This document shows positions 14,550 to 29,400 of a DNA stretch of 60,214 nucleotides, piece after piece (within the stretch, counting starts at the first letter, position 1; the number at the start of each line of letters is the position of its first letter). The translations under genes and the position numbers were made by a program. The stretch spans positions 1 through 60,214 of the forward strand of contig JNEM01006374.1 in assembly GCA_000697335.1 (NCBI GenBank). Reading direction: 5' to 3'. The notes under the pieces are model-generated. The model was not told where the DNA came from. It saw nothing but the letters and a program-made list of their open reading frames with translations, and did not search any database. The stretch comes from Conidiobolus incongruus B7586. Lineage: Eukaryota.

Positions 14550-16333
14550 ATATTATATAGTAAAAAACCGAAAATGGATTATATATATATATTATGATCT
14601 AGACTAATGACAATTTAATTACTAACTTAATATTAAAATAATCTAAAATAAATAATTTGATTTGAATATTTATTCAGTTCTAGTTTTTACATAATCCATT
14701 TCAAAACCTCTCGAAAAATTATGATTCAAAAATTCGCATTGTAGTTGTTTAGATTTTTGATTAATATATATAATAAAAGATCGTATTTTAAGCTAAAAAT
14801 TATAATTAATAATAGAAACCCCTTACTATATCATTTTATATTTCTCATATTAAATCACATTAAAATAGAAATTATAAATATTTAATATATGAATTTTCAA
14901 GTTTGTTTATTTAGATTTAAACAATATTTCATATTTTCCCAATTAGGCCAACAAACTAACTCCAATTTAGCAATTGTTAATATTCAATCTAGAAAATATG
15001 ATAAATTTTAATTTGAGTGACTGAATATAATTTATACCAATTACTCTCCTAAGTATACATTAAATAATAAAAGGCACTGACTAACATAATTCAATCTTTT
15101 AAAAATAAATCAATTTTAAATAATTTTAAAAAACGTGGTTTAGGTTTAAAGTCACACAGCCTTGATAAGGTTAAATAATTTCCTAAACATTTTAGTAATA
15201 ATTTGTAAATCATCTTAATTCCATTGATAAAATAATAAATATTATAAAAATATCAAGTAGGTTTATAAATAGATTAAAATATTATAAATATATTATTTAT
15301 GGCTTTTGTTTTCTATTGTTAGAAATAGAATGTAATACAATTCTTGAATATTAGAAATAAAAATTTTAATCATTGTTTCTCAATATATGAATAATACATT
15401 AAATAATTTTTGTCTTTTTAACATAATTTTATCTAATATATGAAATCTTTAATTTTATATATAACTAAAATTGCTAATTATATAAAATATTCATAAAATT
15501 TCTTAATTTATTTTGCAAGCATAATAAATATTAAATTTATTGCTATATTCTCATGTTCAAGTAATACTATTGATCATATATATATATATATATATCTTTA
15601 AATTACGAGTACCTTTATTTTTTTTGGATATTAATTATGTAAATCAATATCATCCATTGCTATTAATTATATTTTCATATAAAGTTGATGTTAATATTGA
15701 TTTCATTGTCAATTATATATTCTTTGATAAAATTTTATATCAATTTTATATAGCTATAATTATTTCACTTAAAATTTTAAAATATGCAGAATTTTATCAA
15801 TTAGAATAATATTTCAAGTAACACGGATAATTTGGATAAATTTGTGCATTATCGAGGGAATTTGAGGATAGTGTAACTCTATAAATTGGATTTGTATTAT
15901 TGACTTAGATCTTATATTTTAAAAAATCATTATAATCGCAAAAGTAATAATAAACATAAAAATAATTTCCCTATAATAGTATTTTTTAACGAACATTAGG
16001 ACTATATTCTTAAATCGTGTATAATTATATCAATATTTCGTTAATTCTGCTGAATAATTTCTCATTATTGAGAAATAAATTTATTTTTATCAATTCTTAA
16101 ATGAAATTGGCGTAAATTACAAATTGAAATTAACCGCTTATGAGGTACATTTGAAATAATCATTCAATAAATAGAAATTTAAACACCTCATTTTTTAATG
16201 ACTTGGAAATATATTATATAAAGACGTTAATATTAATAGTTAATTATATAGTTTTTGAAATTATTATTTCGAACTAATTTTAATTTTTCAAAATTATTCA
16301 AACTCTACTAAATTAATTGCTGTAATTAATATT

Positions 16334-17482
16334 ATGAAATTCTTCTATCTTGCTATATTATTCACAATAATTATAGCCATCAAAGCTAATGATTTGAAAA
16401 TTGCTAATCAATACATTGTGACCTTTAAAGATGACAGTCCATTCAACGTTGCTACAATAATGTTTCAGCTTATTAACAGAATACCATTACTGAATATCGG
16501 TACCAAAATTATTCATCAATACTCATCAATATTCCGAGGAGTAGCAGTTCAAATGGATGATAGAGCGGCAAACATTGTAAAATATTTTCCCTTTGTTGAT
16601 ACAGTGGAGCAGGACCAAATGTTTCAAACCATGGGAGATCAGGTTGATGCCCCTTGGGGATTGGCTAGAATTTCTCAGATTAATAAATTGTCCGAAAAGC
16701 CCTATCATTATAAGTATGATGATAATGCAGGCGAAGGCGTTAATGTTTATGTTTTAGATACTGGTGTTAATATCAATCACCAAGATTTCGAAGGTAGGGC
16801 ATCTTGGGGCAAAACTACAGTAAAAAACGCCAATAACACTGATGGTCACGGTCATGGGACCCATTGTGCAGGCACAATTGCAGGAAAAACATACGGTGTA
16901 GCGAAAAAAGCAAACATTATAGCAGTTAAAATCTTTGGAGATAAGGGCTCAGGATCTACTTCTCAAATCGTTGCTGGTATAGATTGGGTCGTTGCAAATG
17001 CTAATGGTAAGAAGGGCAATGTTATCTCAATGAGCATGAGTGGAGCTCTTAGTATTTTAACAAATTTGGCTGTGAGGAGAGCTGTCAGTAAAGGAATTGT
17101 TACAGTAGTGGCAGCTGGGAATTTCGGACTTGACGCTTGCTTATTTTCTCCTGCAAATTCACCCTCCGCAATAACTGTTGGTGCTACAGATATTAATGAC
17201 ACTAAAGCTATTTTTTCGAATTTCGGACCTTGCGTCGATTTATTTGCTCCGGGTGTAGATATTGAATCAACATGGAATGGCAGTGATACAGACACTAATA
17301 TTATTTCTGGAACATCTATGGCAGCTCCTCATGTGGCTGGATTGGCCGCTACATTACTCAGTCAAGGAACAAAGCCTGATGAGGTCAAAGATAAGTTAAA
17401 GTCGATGGCTAATAATGGCAAGATTTCTGGACTTTTACCACTTACTGGTAATCGATTAGCTTTTAATGGATACGATAAATGA
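16334..17482 (+). CDS. Secreted subtilisin-like serine protease (S8A) with I9 propeptide
   Basis: Signal peptide; [11 protein letters not shown] and [11 protein letters not shown] intact. S1 loop reads ISMSMSG rather than SLGG. Confidence 0.96.
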   Translation: MKFFYLAILFTIIIAIKANDLKIANQYIVTFKDDSPFNVATIMFQLINRIPLLNIGTKIIHQYSSIFRGVAVQMDDRAANIVKYFPFVDTVEQDQMFQTMGDQVDAPWGLARISQINKLSEKPYHYKYDDNAGEGVNVYVLDTGVNINHQDFEGRASWGKTTVKNANNTDGHGHGTHCAGTIAGKTYGVAKKANIIAVKIFGDKGSGSTSQIVAGIDWVVANANGKKGNVISMSMSGALSILTNLAVRRAVSKGIVTVVAAGNFGLDACLFSPANSPSAITVGATDINDTKAIFSNFGPCVDLFAPGVDIESTWNGSDTDTNIISGTSMAAPHVAGLAATLLSQGTKPDEVKDKLKSMANNGKISGLLPLTGNRLAFNGYDK

Positions 17483-20456
17483 TGTATTTATAATTTATAA
17501 TTGTTGGCTGATATATTTGTTATCAAAGAAACAAAATAATGAAATAGTTAAAATATTTTGACACTAAGAAAATTAAAATTTATTAATTATCAATCTTTGC
17601 TGAATAATATGAATTCTAAGAAATTAAATGATAGTGACTTCTAATACCATATTGGATTACGTTTTAAGTTTCCTTTTTTTGGATTTTCAAGTAATATTAT
17701 TTTATCAATATATTTGGCTTCTTTCATCATAACGAATAACATTTTCAATATAAGACATTGCAACAAAAATCAATTTTGATTATGATTTTAAAGTATTTCT
17801 AAATTTCAATTTTATTCAATGCCTATTTAATTTTATTTCGATTAATAAACTATTGTATTTGTCTATTATTAATTAATTATTGTTTTATTATGAACAATAC
17901 AATATAGAAAATTTTTTATATAATTATCAAAGAAATTGAAAGTGTTTTTCAAGTTTAATGGAGTATAAAAGTCAGACTTCATTTATATCAAACCTATTTT
18001 CAATTTTTCAAATATCTAGTTCCTACTTAATACAAATTTTGGATAGAAATATGTGTATTTGATTATATAAACATTACAAAACTATAACAATAATATAATA
18101 TCTGATCACATTGATATTTAGGTGAAACTGTATTTTTGCTTTATTTTTTAGAATTTTATCAAAACTCAATATTGAGAAAAACTGAATATTGATCTATATA
18201 ACCCTTGATAAAGTGTTTGATAAAAATATAATGATTTATTATACTATAGAGCATTATAAAATTAGCCATCGACTGCTTTTCTTTTTGATTTAAGTCTAAA
18301 TAAATTATAATTTAATATAATAAATTATTTAATAATAATATATTATTGAAATTTTAAATTGGTATATTGAAATTCAGTATATAAATATTAATTTAACATA
18401 TAGAGTTAATATATATTAATTGAAGCTTTTTTAATACTTTCGATTAACTATAATCAGTTTATGAATATTAGATTAATACAAAATTATAAAATATATTAAA
18501 TTAATTTGAAAAAAATATATTATAATAATCACCATAATTACAATACTAATTATTTTTATTACTTTATTGATTAAAACCTAATCAAGAAATATATCTTTAT
18601 TAAAAATTATACAAAATTGTTATTTCGTGAATAATATTAAAGCTTTTCAGAAATGCCATGATATGAAAGGAATCATAAGTTCGTATAATATTGATGTTTA
18701 TATCAAATTTGAAAAAAGATAAGAACAAGATAAACTACAGTAAGTCAGTTTTTTATATTGATATATAAAATATACAATTATTTAGTATGAAATAAATCCT
18801 GTAGTTAAAATTTGAATTATTCAAGATAAACTTAAAATACTTCAATTATAGACAATCTACAAATATTTTGACTATATGGATCCTTTTTATGATAGCTATT
18901 TAATTTTTTATATTGAAATTATAATGGATCAGAGGCCAAAGAACAGTTCAAATGAGTATGATTAAAACTCTAGTATCAAAAATATAATATGCATGATTTT
19001 AAATTACATATATTGGTAATTTATAAATGATTTAAAATACAATATTTCATAATTCTCCAAATATTGGAAAAATGATATGAATATACTTAAAAACAACTGG
19101 ATTGAATACGGTAGAATCTTTTATATGCAAAATTATATAATATTAATACACTTGAGCAAAAGTTACAAATATGTTTTAACTAAATTTGAATAGGTTAAGA
19201 CATGCTCCTATGGAATATAAATTTACCCAATTATTGATATTTTAATCTAGATTCTCTTATATCCCAATATTTAATTATTATAACTCAATCTAATAGGTTT
19301 ATTCATGCACTTTCAGCTTAATCGATCAGTATTTTATTAGTTTGAAAACAAACAATTCTATTAAACTTTAATAGTTTATATTAAGAGTTGAATTGAATAT
19401 TTTGATAAAAAAACTCAAGATGTGTACAGTTTATATAATTAAGTAGATATTATTAAATAAAATGGATTTAGGATATCAAACAAAAGGACATATTGAAAAG
19501 ATAATTTGAACTTGACAACCCACTGGTTATTCCTCTATCAGAGAATTAATAACTAAATATTAATAGCAGTTCAAATATACAATGTTTTATATGCCAATTA
19601 TTAATAAATAGTAAATAATGAAATTGAGATAATCATTTAAATATTAGTTGAATAGTTTTAAGCCTATAATAATAATTTATTAATGCGTGAATTATTTTTG
19701 GATTAGAAAATCTAAAATAAGCTGAGCACAAAATTAGACGTTTAAAATCAATTAAATTATTTAATTGTATTACAGCAAAAAATGCATAAGTAAATTGTTA
19801 AAGCATTTTTATATGAATTTAGAGTTATTTATTTATTGATCATAATATTTTATTAAATTTCAAATAAATATTTAATTTATGTATATTATTTTTTTTGTGA
19901 CGAACTCGATGAACTCTCTGAATCAAACATAAATATTTTGTGATTTCTTAAATTATACTTAGTCTACCCAGTAAATTCAGCCCCACTTGAAAAATTCAAA
20001 AAATTCAAAACAAAATCCAATCAAATTTTGAATTTTGAAACCAAAAGTTTTAAATAATAAACAATGGTATATTAATATATCATTTATCAATTTAAATTGT
20101 AATTATGAATAATACATTTTTTGTCTACTACATCATAATCCAAATTGAATATTAATTATTTTTATTAAAAAAAATAAATATTTCATCATAAACTTAGTAT
20201 ATTAATATTGTTTAATAATCTATTATAATATTAAAGTTTAAAATAATATAATAAATCAAAAGTATAAAAATATTTTCTAATCTTTATACTGTATCTTATA
20301 TAGATTTTATATTTGAAAACCAAAAAAATTAATAATATAATTGATACACTTAATAGTATATGAATAGCATTTATACAATCATAAAGAACCACTTTATATT
20401 TTATTTAATACCTCTTATGCTCTTTTTGAATATAATTATAAACAATCATTTTAAAT

Positions 20457-20502
<46 letters not shown>

Positions 20503-21939
20503 TTATTATTTATATCTAATAAAATCATAAGTATAATAGTAATAAAACCAATATAGTATAAATGAAGATTCAATATAAAAGTAGTATAGCCAGTAATATA
20601 GTACCAATAATGTGGCAAGATGATTTAAATATAAACAAAGTTTAATTAAGCTTTGTAAACAAATGAGTCAATGCTAATATATTAGGATTTATATTAGGTA
20701 GCGCTAATATATTATAATACTGATAGAATATAGTCTTAACCTTAAAAATAGTATAAAAGATAAAAAATAATAAGAATTCAAAGATAAAAGAATAATTTAG
20801 TTTATTAAATAATTTAATATTATTTATGCAATTGATTTAATTTTAAAGAATAAATTAATTATATAATTCATAATTAAATGAATTATATAGAAATATAGAT
20901 TAATTTTGAGAACTAATCTCTTAATAAAAATATTTATTATTTTTAATAAATCATTGATCTTCAATTTGCCATCCAGTATTATATTGTATAAATGAAGTAT
21001 ATTTGTTCTAATTTTTATATTGATGTTTATATCTTCACCTAATATTTTTTTGAATAGTAGAACTAATATATCTCTGTATATTTGACAACTGACTTTAAGA
21101 TTATTTTGAATTTTTAGAGTCATGCTTATATTTATCATTGATTATACTTTTAACTTTAATATCTGGTATGGCTATATTTATTCTTATATCATTTACTCAC
21201 CATTTATTATTTTCAAATAATAAATTTATTGATAAACTTATAGATGTTTTAAACTTCTCATTTGCTATATTACTACTTGGTATTTTATCTATATATTCAT
21301 TTTTGTTCAAATTTGATATTGGCAAATTATGAATATCTCTAGTTTGTATATGGTTTTGATTATTATTTAAAATATTATTGCATTGGTTTAAATAATGTTA
21401 AAAAATAATATTAACACCAGGTCGAAAATTAGTTGATATTAAATTATCATTTTGATTACCTAATTTATCATTCATATTATTAAATTATCTTGTAAATTAA
21501 TCCTTATAATTATCTTGATTTTTTTTACAGAATATTTGATTTTTATTTATAAAATTAAATGATATAGGATCTATATCCATATATGTTTTAAAATCTTTAA
21601 ATTTATTTTAATTATCATCATCTGATATTAAATTAATTTTATTATTAAATATTAGATATGGTTTTATATTTGAATCTTGAATTAATAATATATCTTCCTT
21701 ATTATTAACCTTTTCACATAATTTTTTAATTTGAATATATTCCCAATCAAATAATATTCTCTCTAATTATTATTTTGATCGTTTATTTTTGATATCCTTT
21801 AATTGAATACCATTTTCTATTTGATTTAGATAAATAATTAATTGGTATATTTATTAACAATTAAATATAAAATATAAAATATACTTATAGATAATTTGTT
21901 CAACTTATCTATTAATTCATAATCAGTTTCAATATTATC

Positions 21940-23260
21940 ATTGTTATTATTTATTTCAAATTCATCAGTATCAGAGTCTTTTGGTTTTTTTTCCTTCATG
22001 ATATTCATTACCACCATTAAGTTTGATCATATGTTTCATATATCACTTTGCTTGTTATACCCATCTTTTAATTTTTTTATGAAATATTATCCCATATTTT
22101 TTTCAAACAGTTTTAAATTAAGGTTTATTCATATTTTTTGATAATTTTTGCATTTTCTTTTTAATATATGCCTAAGCAAACTCAGCAGAATTGAGATCAA
22201 GACTATTTGGACACCATTGAATCATTTTAACATTGTTGTTTTTTAGTAATTCTTTAATAAATCGATGGACATGGGGTTTTGCATTATTATGTATTATTAT
22301 AATATTTGGTTGCTTTTTTTCATAATTTTTAAAAAAAGAATAAATAATGGAGCTATTACTTTTGAATAATATTTATACTAGTCTATTCCATCACTTTTGT
22401 CCTTATAAACTAATTTTCCTATAACTTCACCCCAATTCCATTCTAAAGATTTAAAACTATTTCTAGTATTATTTCCATATAAATATAGTGATTATTCCCA
22501 TAATTGTCTTATTTTTGATTTATATTAAGCATTAATCTTTGCAAGATTTATTTTGACTTTTTTTTCTCTACTATTGTTTCACATTCCTAAAAATAATACG
22601 GATCTTTTTTATAATAAATAAAGACACCCCAAAAAGAGCAAATACTATGTTTCTTGAATTTTCATTCCGTGCAATATTTATGATACTTTTTATTAGCTTT
22701 TTGCCAAACTAATTCCCCTATAATATAACAATTTATTATCATAGCTATTTTATTAAACTAGCATATATTTTTCTAAAATTTTTATTTTTTTGAATATATT
22801 TTAAATACCATTCTAGTTTTTGTTTTCTTATCTGAGGAGTTAAACCAGGTTTATATATTGGTTTCTGTCTAAAATACCTTGTTTTATTCAAAACTTTTTA
22901 TATTAATTCCTTGCCAATATATATATTATAATAATTTATTTCATCTGTTATATCCTTATAACTTTTTCTTCTTTTTTATTAACTTCTAGTAATGATTTCA
23001 ATAACCTTCCTTTTTTACTCTAAGGGCGATTTTCTTTAATTTTCCTTCTCTGGGTAATCTTAATCAATGTTTATCTTCTATATTTATTAGTTATTCATAT
23101 GGATCAAAATCTCTACTAATAGCTTTAAAGTATAATCAATTAACAATCCTTCTATTTATTTTAAACTCTTTATAGATTAAATGAGTTGGCTTTCCTAATA
23201 TTTTTGTAATGACAATTCCTGCTCTTTTTCTAAGACAAATATTTGAAAATTTAGATATTA
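21940..23260 (-). mobile_element. Degenerate Tc1-like (DD34E) transposase relic
   Basis: Manual minus-strand translation gives an HTH-like N-terminus RAGIVITKILGKP...FKINRRIVN, then KPGLTPQ and F*KNIC*FNK (compare WKNVxWSDE). It continues HNNAKPHVHRFIKELLKNNNVKMIQWCPNSLDLNSAEFA*AYIK (34 aa from the D-position to E) and ends with IKLNGGNEYHEG. Many stops and frameshifts; TIRs not located. Confidence 0.85.
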
Positions 23261-24374
23261 TTAATATACAATTAAATTTAATATATTGGAATATAATTTG
23301 AAATTGAAGTATTATAAAATAGATATATATATTTATATATAATTAATGATTTTTTTGATCATCCAAATAATCACTTATAAATTTAAACATTTTATTTTTA
23401 TTTTTAAATATTAATATATTTTTTTATAATTATTTATTATTTGATATGCTTATTTATATTATATTACTATATTATATATATTAAGTATTTATCATTATAT
23501 TTTGATAATATTTAAATGTAATATGTTTATTTATTTATAATAATATTAAAAACTTCATATTCTAAATTAATAATATATTATATTAGTTTGTGTATAATAA
23601 ATGCTTTATATATTATAAATTTATTTTTTAGTTTTTATATTAATTTTATTCCAAGTTATATATTATATAATATAGAAGGTAATTGAATTGAAGTTATAAT
23701 TGTTAATTATTTTCATATTTGTTAAAAATTATAAAATATTATTCATAATATGATTTGATATATATTAATAACTTTATTAATAAATTTTGTAAATTAAAAT
23801 TTATTATTTCTAATTAATATATTTGAATATCATATTGAATACTGATTTTATAATAAATATAGCTATTAATAATAAATATTAATATAATATGATATTAGTC
23901 ATTGTTTTAAATATATTAATTTTATCTCAGTTATATTTATATATAAAATAACAATTACTAATGAAAAAAATAAATAATTTGCAAAATTATCAATAACTGA
24001 ATTTTAACTTATCATTTATTACCAATTTCAAGGAATCAGATGAATGATTGGATAATTTAATCAACCCTGAGTTTTATTATAAATATCAATATACTATATC
24101 AAATTATTTTATTTGTAAAATTTAGAATAAAATAAAAAAATATTATTTCCCAATTATTTATTACTTTATTTTAATTAAAATCAATTAATTATATAAATAT
24201 ATATATATATATTATATTTGATTTTATACCACATTGATTAACATAAATAATGCTATAAAAATATATATTCTTCAGGAGTCTCAAATATATAAGTAATATC
24301 AGATTTATACAAATATATTAAATTTTATTTGCAAAGTTAAAAATTCTTAGACAAGATTTATAAAATAACATTTG

Positions 24375-24869
24375 TGTCAATGGCCTCTAGGATCCGCCAA
24401 TGAGGGGCCGAGGGATTCGTCACGAGGTCATCACATCGATGTATAAGGATTCCCCAACTCAGTAATAAACATAAGCGCATGATCCAACGATTAATCCCAG
24501 TAGTCACCCAAATTCCCCCCCAGCTAATCATTATACATAGAACGGCGACGACGAATACAATTGAGGATACCTGTGTAGGTTCCGCAAGGGGGGTCTCTTT
24601 TAGGACTATAGGGGAGAAAATGTAACGAAGCATTACCATAATGTATGTTCTTATGATAAGGTGCTCTGATTTCGAGAGAGAGAGAGAGTTTATTAGTTCT
24701 TTGGATCTTTCAAGGAATGACCAGAATAGTTGAGTAAACTATTCTGGTGTTTTCTTTTATGTTTCCTTATTCTATACTAATTGTTTTACTTATTTTGGCT
24801 TGCTTCGGGGACTTTCGTTTTGTTCTTAATATGACCTTGTTTTGGATAATGTCACGATGGGTCGTGACA
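24375..24869. mobile_element. Solo LTR
   Basis: 495 bp GC-richer island with TGTCA...TGACA inverted termini and a perfect 5 bp TSD ATTTG (24370-24374, 24870-24874). Contains an internal (GA)n run. Confidence 0.88.
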
Positions 24870-25284
24870 ATTTGCTTATTTTATCTTTTTGTTTATTTAC
24901 ATTTCCTTTTTTGTATTTGCATTGTGAAACTGGGGCAAAACTTTTTGGGTAGACAAAGCACAAAGACTATATGAATGAACCTATTGTATTGTGGTATGAA
25001 TGATTTTATCAAAATTACGTAATTAATAAATTGATTTTGCGCATTTCATCAATTGAAATTGAGAATAAATTTTTCATTCGTGCTCTGAATGAAACAGCGA
25101 ATACGAAACTTGATTCAAAATAATTCAAGTTGAGTCTTTCAGTTAATGCAACGATAAAAAACTATAATCTATTAGAGTTTCTAAAATTAAAAATGCTATA
25201 AATATTAGTGTTGAATGGAATTATTGAGAGATATAAATACAGAGTTTGAAAATTGTGTATTCAATACTCTCAAAAGTTTTGAAA

Positions 25285-26460
25285 ATGAAATTGATATACT
25301 TTGTTGTCACTTTTACCTCCACTCTATTTGCCCGAATCCAAGGCGAGGTCATTGAAAATCAATATATATTTACTTTAAAAGATGCGAGCCCCGAAATACA
25401 CCAAAATCAATTAGAAATAGTGAGGGAAATCGCTCACTCAGAATCTGGCTCTGAATTCCTTCATGTCTATGATTCTGCAATTACTGGTTTTGCACTCAGA
25501 GCTCCACTTCCAATTATTGATGCCCTCAAGGCCCTTCCATTTATAAAATCTGTTGAACAGGATCAAGTGGTCGGAGTTAGAGTTGAAACTCAACAAGACG
25601 CAGAATGGGGATTGGCTAGAATCTCTCGGCGTGATAAATTAGGACCAAAGCCCTATTCATATTCCTATGAAAACAATCCAGGAATTGATATTACTGTTTA
25701 TGTTGTTGACACTGGCGTAAATATTAAGCACAAAGAATTCGAAGACCGTGCTTCATGGGGTGGCACTTTCGCTAAAAATAGTACTGATGATGATAAGCAT
25801 GGTCACGGAACCCATTGTGCTGGCACAGTCGCAGGAAAAACTTACGGTGTTGCGAAGAAAGCCAATATTGTAGCAGTCAAAGTGTTAGGAGACGATGGTA
25901 AAGGATCGAATTCTGATGTAATTGCTGGAATTAATTATGTGGTGAAAGATCAAAGATACACCAGAGGAAAGGTGATTTCTATGAGTTTGGGAGCAATCGG
26001 GGTATTGGGCAGTGAAGCAATGGATTCAGCTATCAAAAACGCTGTAAATCAAAATGTCGTCGTAATCGTCGCTGCAGGCAACGATAGTAATGATGCCTGT
26101 TTATACTCCCCAGCCAGTTCTCCTGATGCTATTACCGTTGGTGCTACTAATATTAGCGATAAAAGAGCATATTTCTCTAACTGGGGCAAATGCGTTGATA
26201 TCTTTGCACCTGGTGAGGATATCAAATCAGCATGGAAGGATGGAGATGACTCTACCGAAACTATCTCGGGAACTTCAATGGCCTGTCCTCATGTTGCCGG
26301 GCTAGCTGCATATTATATGGCTAAAGGTATATCTCCTAAAGACGTTAGGAACACCCTTATTTCTACTGGTTCGAAAAATAAGATTAATTTCGAAGTGCCA
26401 ATGTTCTCTGATTTAACAGGGACACCCAATATTTTAGCATATAATAACGTAAACTCTTAA
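25285..26460 (+). CDS. Secreted subtilisin-like serine protease (S8A) with I9 propeptide
   Basis: The ORF track starts at TTG 25246; the first ATG at 25285 gives a clean signal peptide MKLIYFVVTFTSTLFARIQG. Motifs [11 protein letters not shown] and GTSMACPHVAG. Confidence 0.96.
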   Translation: MKLIYFVVTFTSTLFARIQGEVIENQYIFTLKDASPEIHQNQLEIVREIAHSESGSEFLHVYDSAITGFALRAPLPIIDALKALPFIKSVEQDQVVGVRVETQQDAEWGLARISRRDKLGPKPYSYSYENNPGIDITVYVVDTGVNIKHKEFEDRASWGGTFAKNSTDDDKHGHGTHCAGTVAGKTYGVAKKANIVAVKVLGDDGKGSNSDVIAGINYVVKDQRYTRGKVISMSLGAIGVLGSEAMDSAIKNAVNQNVVVIVAAGNDSNDACLYSPASSPDAITVGATNISDKRAYFSNWGKCVDIFAPGEDIKSAWKDGDDSTETISGTSMACPHVAGLAAYYMAKGISPKDVRNTLISTGSKNKINFEVPMFSDLTGTPNILAYNNVNS

Positions 26461-29400
26461 TATTATTTCAAATAGGTTATCAATTATTAAAATAATAAAC
26501 TTATTCAATATCTATATTCAAGATAGTTTGTTCTGTAAAGAACTTCTTTAATATATAAAGTCATATACTCTATTAGTCTATATCATATAATCTTTTATGA
26601 TATTATCAAAATTAAACCTTGTTTTGTACATTTAAGTTCTATATATATATATATATATCCATTCATTTCAAAATCCTTGAATTGATAAATATTTAAAATT
26701 GTACTTAATTACATGATTGAAAAACATTTTCAAAAAACGAGAAATTAAAAATATTCTACTTTTTCGATATTTAAATTATAATTAAAATATAATGTTATTT
26801 ACCCAAAACATTAATTTTCTCATTGCCAACAGACTATTTTACAATTTATATAATTTAACACAATATTCTTTTGATTTAATATTTTATCTAAAAGATATAA
26901 TATAATTTTACAAAATTAAAATTTTCAATGTGTATTATTCAAATTCTGAATATATTAAAATTTCAACAATATTTGGATTTGGTTTACATCTAAGGATTTT
27001 ATATCATATTAGAAAATTGTGATGATTGATAAGAATAAATATATGAAACAATTAATTGATAATCATTAAATCATTTATCTCTTCAATGTAAAATAATATT
27101 TTATAAATGCTACTAGTATTAGATTTATTATTATATAATTCTTCACTTTAAAATATATATATATATATAGTAACTATTCCTTATTATACTAATATAAAAT
27201 ACAATGATTTTGGAAATATGAAAAGTTTATAAATTATCTTTTTAATAGATAATAAATTTTTTATTAACTTGTAATTGATAATTGACTGAAAAATATACTA
27301 CCTCGACATATATTTTGAAATTAATAACAGTATCAATTTATTCGCTTCACGAGTTAATTTTAAAATCCAGATAGAATATTTTTTAATTTTAAATCTAAGC
27401 ACTTGAAATTAATAATAAACAGCTTAATTAATCCCAATTATATATCAATTTAAATATTAATTAAAATATATTATTGATTGGAAAAATAATTAACATTTTA
27501 GGAATAATTATTCACTTATTATATATATATAATTCAAAACATTAAATTAATAAATTATAATAAATCACTTTTTTAAAATAATAATTATTGTAATAATTAT
27601 AATATTATCAAATGAAAGAAAATTTTATTAAATAATTAAAGCTAATATATATTCCAACCAAGTTTTAGAAATATAATTTAATAAAATCTAACATTGTTAA
27701 AGATCTAATAATATCACATGCTATAAAAAATTAAACAAGAATATCAATCTAAACATCATTTTAAAATGAATAATCAAAAGTAATTATTCTCAAAAAAATT
27801 CGATTTAGTCAACTCAAAGCTGTAATATTCGATAAAAAGGTTTATTATGTTCAGGCCACCCCAAATTTATAATTAATTAAAGTAATATGTTGTGCTTTAT
27901 AATAGGTTTTTTCAATAAAGATGATAGCTAGAAAAGTACTGGTAATTAGATTTAGTAAATTATTTATTAATAAACTTATTTAAATAGTTGATTCAGTGAA
28001 TGATATACTAATAAATAGTATCCTTTAATTATATACTGACAAATAGTATTGGCTTAACTATCAGATAGAGATGGACAGTTAATTTGAAAATTTAACATAT
28101 AATAAATATAAAATTAAGAAATATTTCAAATACCTACCATAAGCCTTTAAAAAAATAAATATCTTAATAATATAAATATGATTGTATTTAGGGTTGATTT
28201 ATATAGACTGAAATATTAAAGTTATAGATATTATATATTTTAATTTAAGATGTAAATCCATAACAAAAAATAACATAATTTTGTATTATACTAATTATTC
28301 ACTTATCCTAGAAAACAATAATAACTAATAATTGATGAATAAAAATATATAATGTATTTCCAAAAAATAAAACTAGGATTAAATCATTATAATAACTAGT
28401 ATAAATGCCGAAACAAGGATTATTTAAAAAAATAGTGAATAGCTATAAATATTAACATTTTAATCTTTCATTATTTTTTACTAACCAAAATGAATCTCAA
28501 GATATAATAGAGATCTATGAAAATAAATATATAATTAATTGGTATTAGATAAATTCAACTAGAAGGATTTCTAAAACTAAAATGGTCATATATAGCCCAA
28601 ATTATCAAAGATTATTAAAAAGAAATGATTTTTATTGCCCTATCCTTTATAATCACTTAATATAAATTCTATTATCTAAAATTGATTTAAAAAAATTTAA
28701 TCAGCGAAACAAATGTAATTCAATTTCACATTTTGTAATGTAAAAATATAACTTGAATAATTGATTGGAAAAACTATATAAAGAGCTTAAGCAGTTACTC
28801 ATTAATATAATAATATATAATTCAAAAAGTTGTAGAATAATAATGACTATATTGCATTTATTCTAGCATTATATTTTTTAATAATAAAATTTTCAAAAAC
28901 CAAAAACTTACTTGTTAAACTACCAAATATATCTAATTCAAAAAAGAAATGAGTATAATTTTAATAATTTGGATAATATAAATATATTTGACTGAATTTA
29001 ACATTGAATAACTCAATTTGGAGATATGATTCTAAATTGGTTTAATACCCTCATTTATACATGATTCAGGATAATACTTATATTCTTAATAAAAAATATT
29101 TGCTTTTTATATTGGTTTGAATAACTTGATTTACATACGATTTTAAGAATCAAAAGTATTATTAATTTCAAACAGAAATTGTTTAGTAATATTGCCAGGT
29201 TTGAAGACTGAATATCTAAGAGTAATAAATTGGTATGGTTAAAAATGTAGACATTTTCATAAGAATAAATTTTACAATTCGATTGAAATAATTCCAAATA
29301 AATACTCGAATGACTAATAATAATTGATGATATAATCACATAATCTACAAAGGAAATTAAAATATATTTAAAGTTCAAAGATATTTGATCCCAATTTTAA

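Noticed and set aside
15540..15809. I/F/L/Y-rich ORF, and similar ones at 21138-21332, 21941-22141, 31062-31244 and 42505-42705
   Set aside because: Composition is what AT-rich noncoding DNA produces; most have non-ATG starts, and some are antisense to transposon relics.
19995..20040. TTCAAAA...TTTTGAATTTTGAA inverted repeat
   Set aside because: Low-complexity AT sequence with no partner terminus identified; may be chance.
24358..24974. ORFs of 93 and 75 aa, and 35745-35987
   Set aside because: They lie in or across solo LTRs and have no recognisable motifs.
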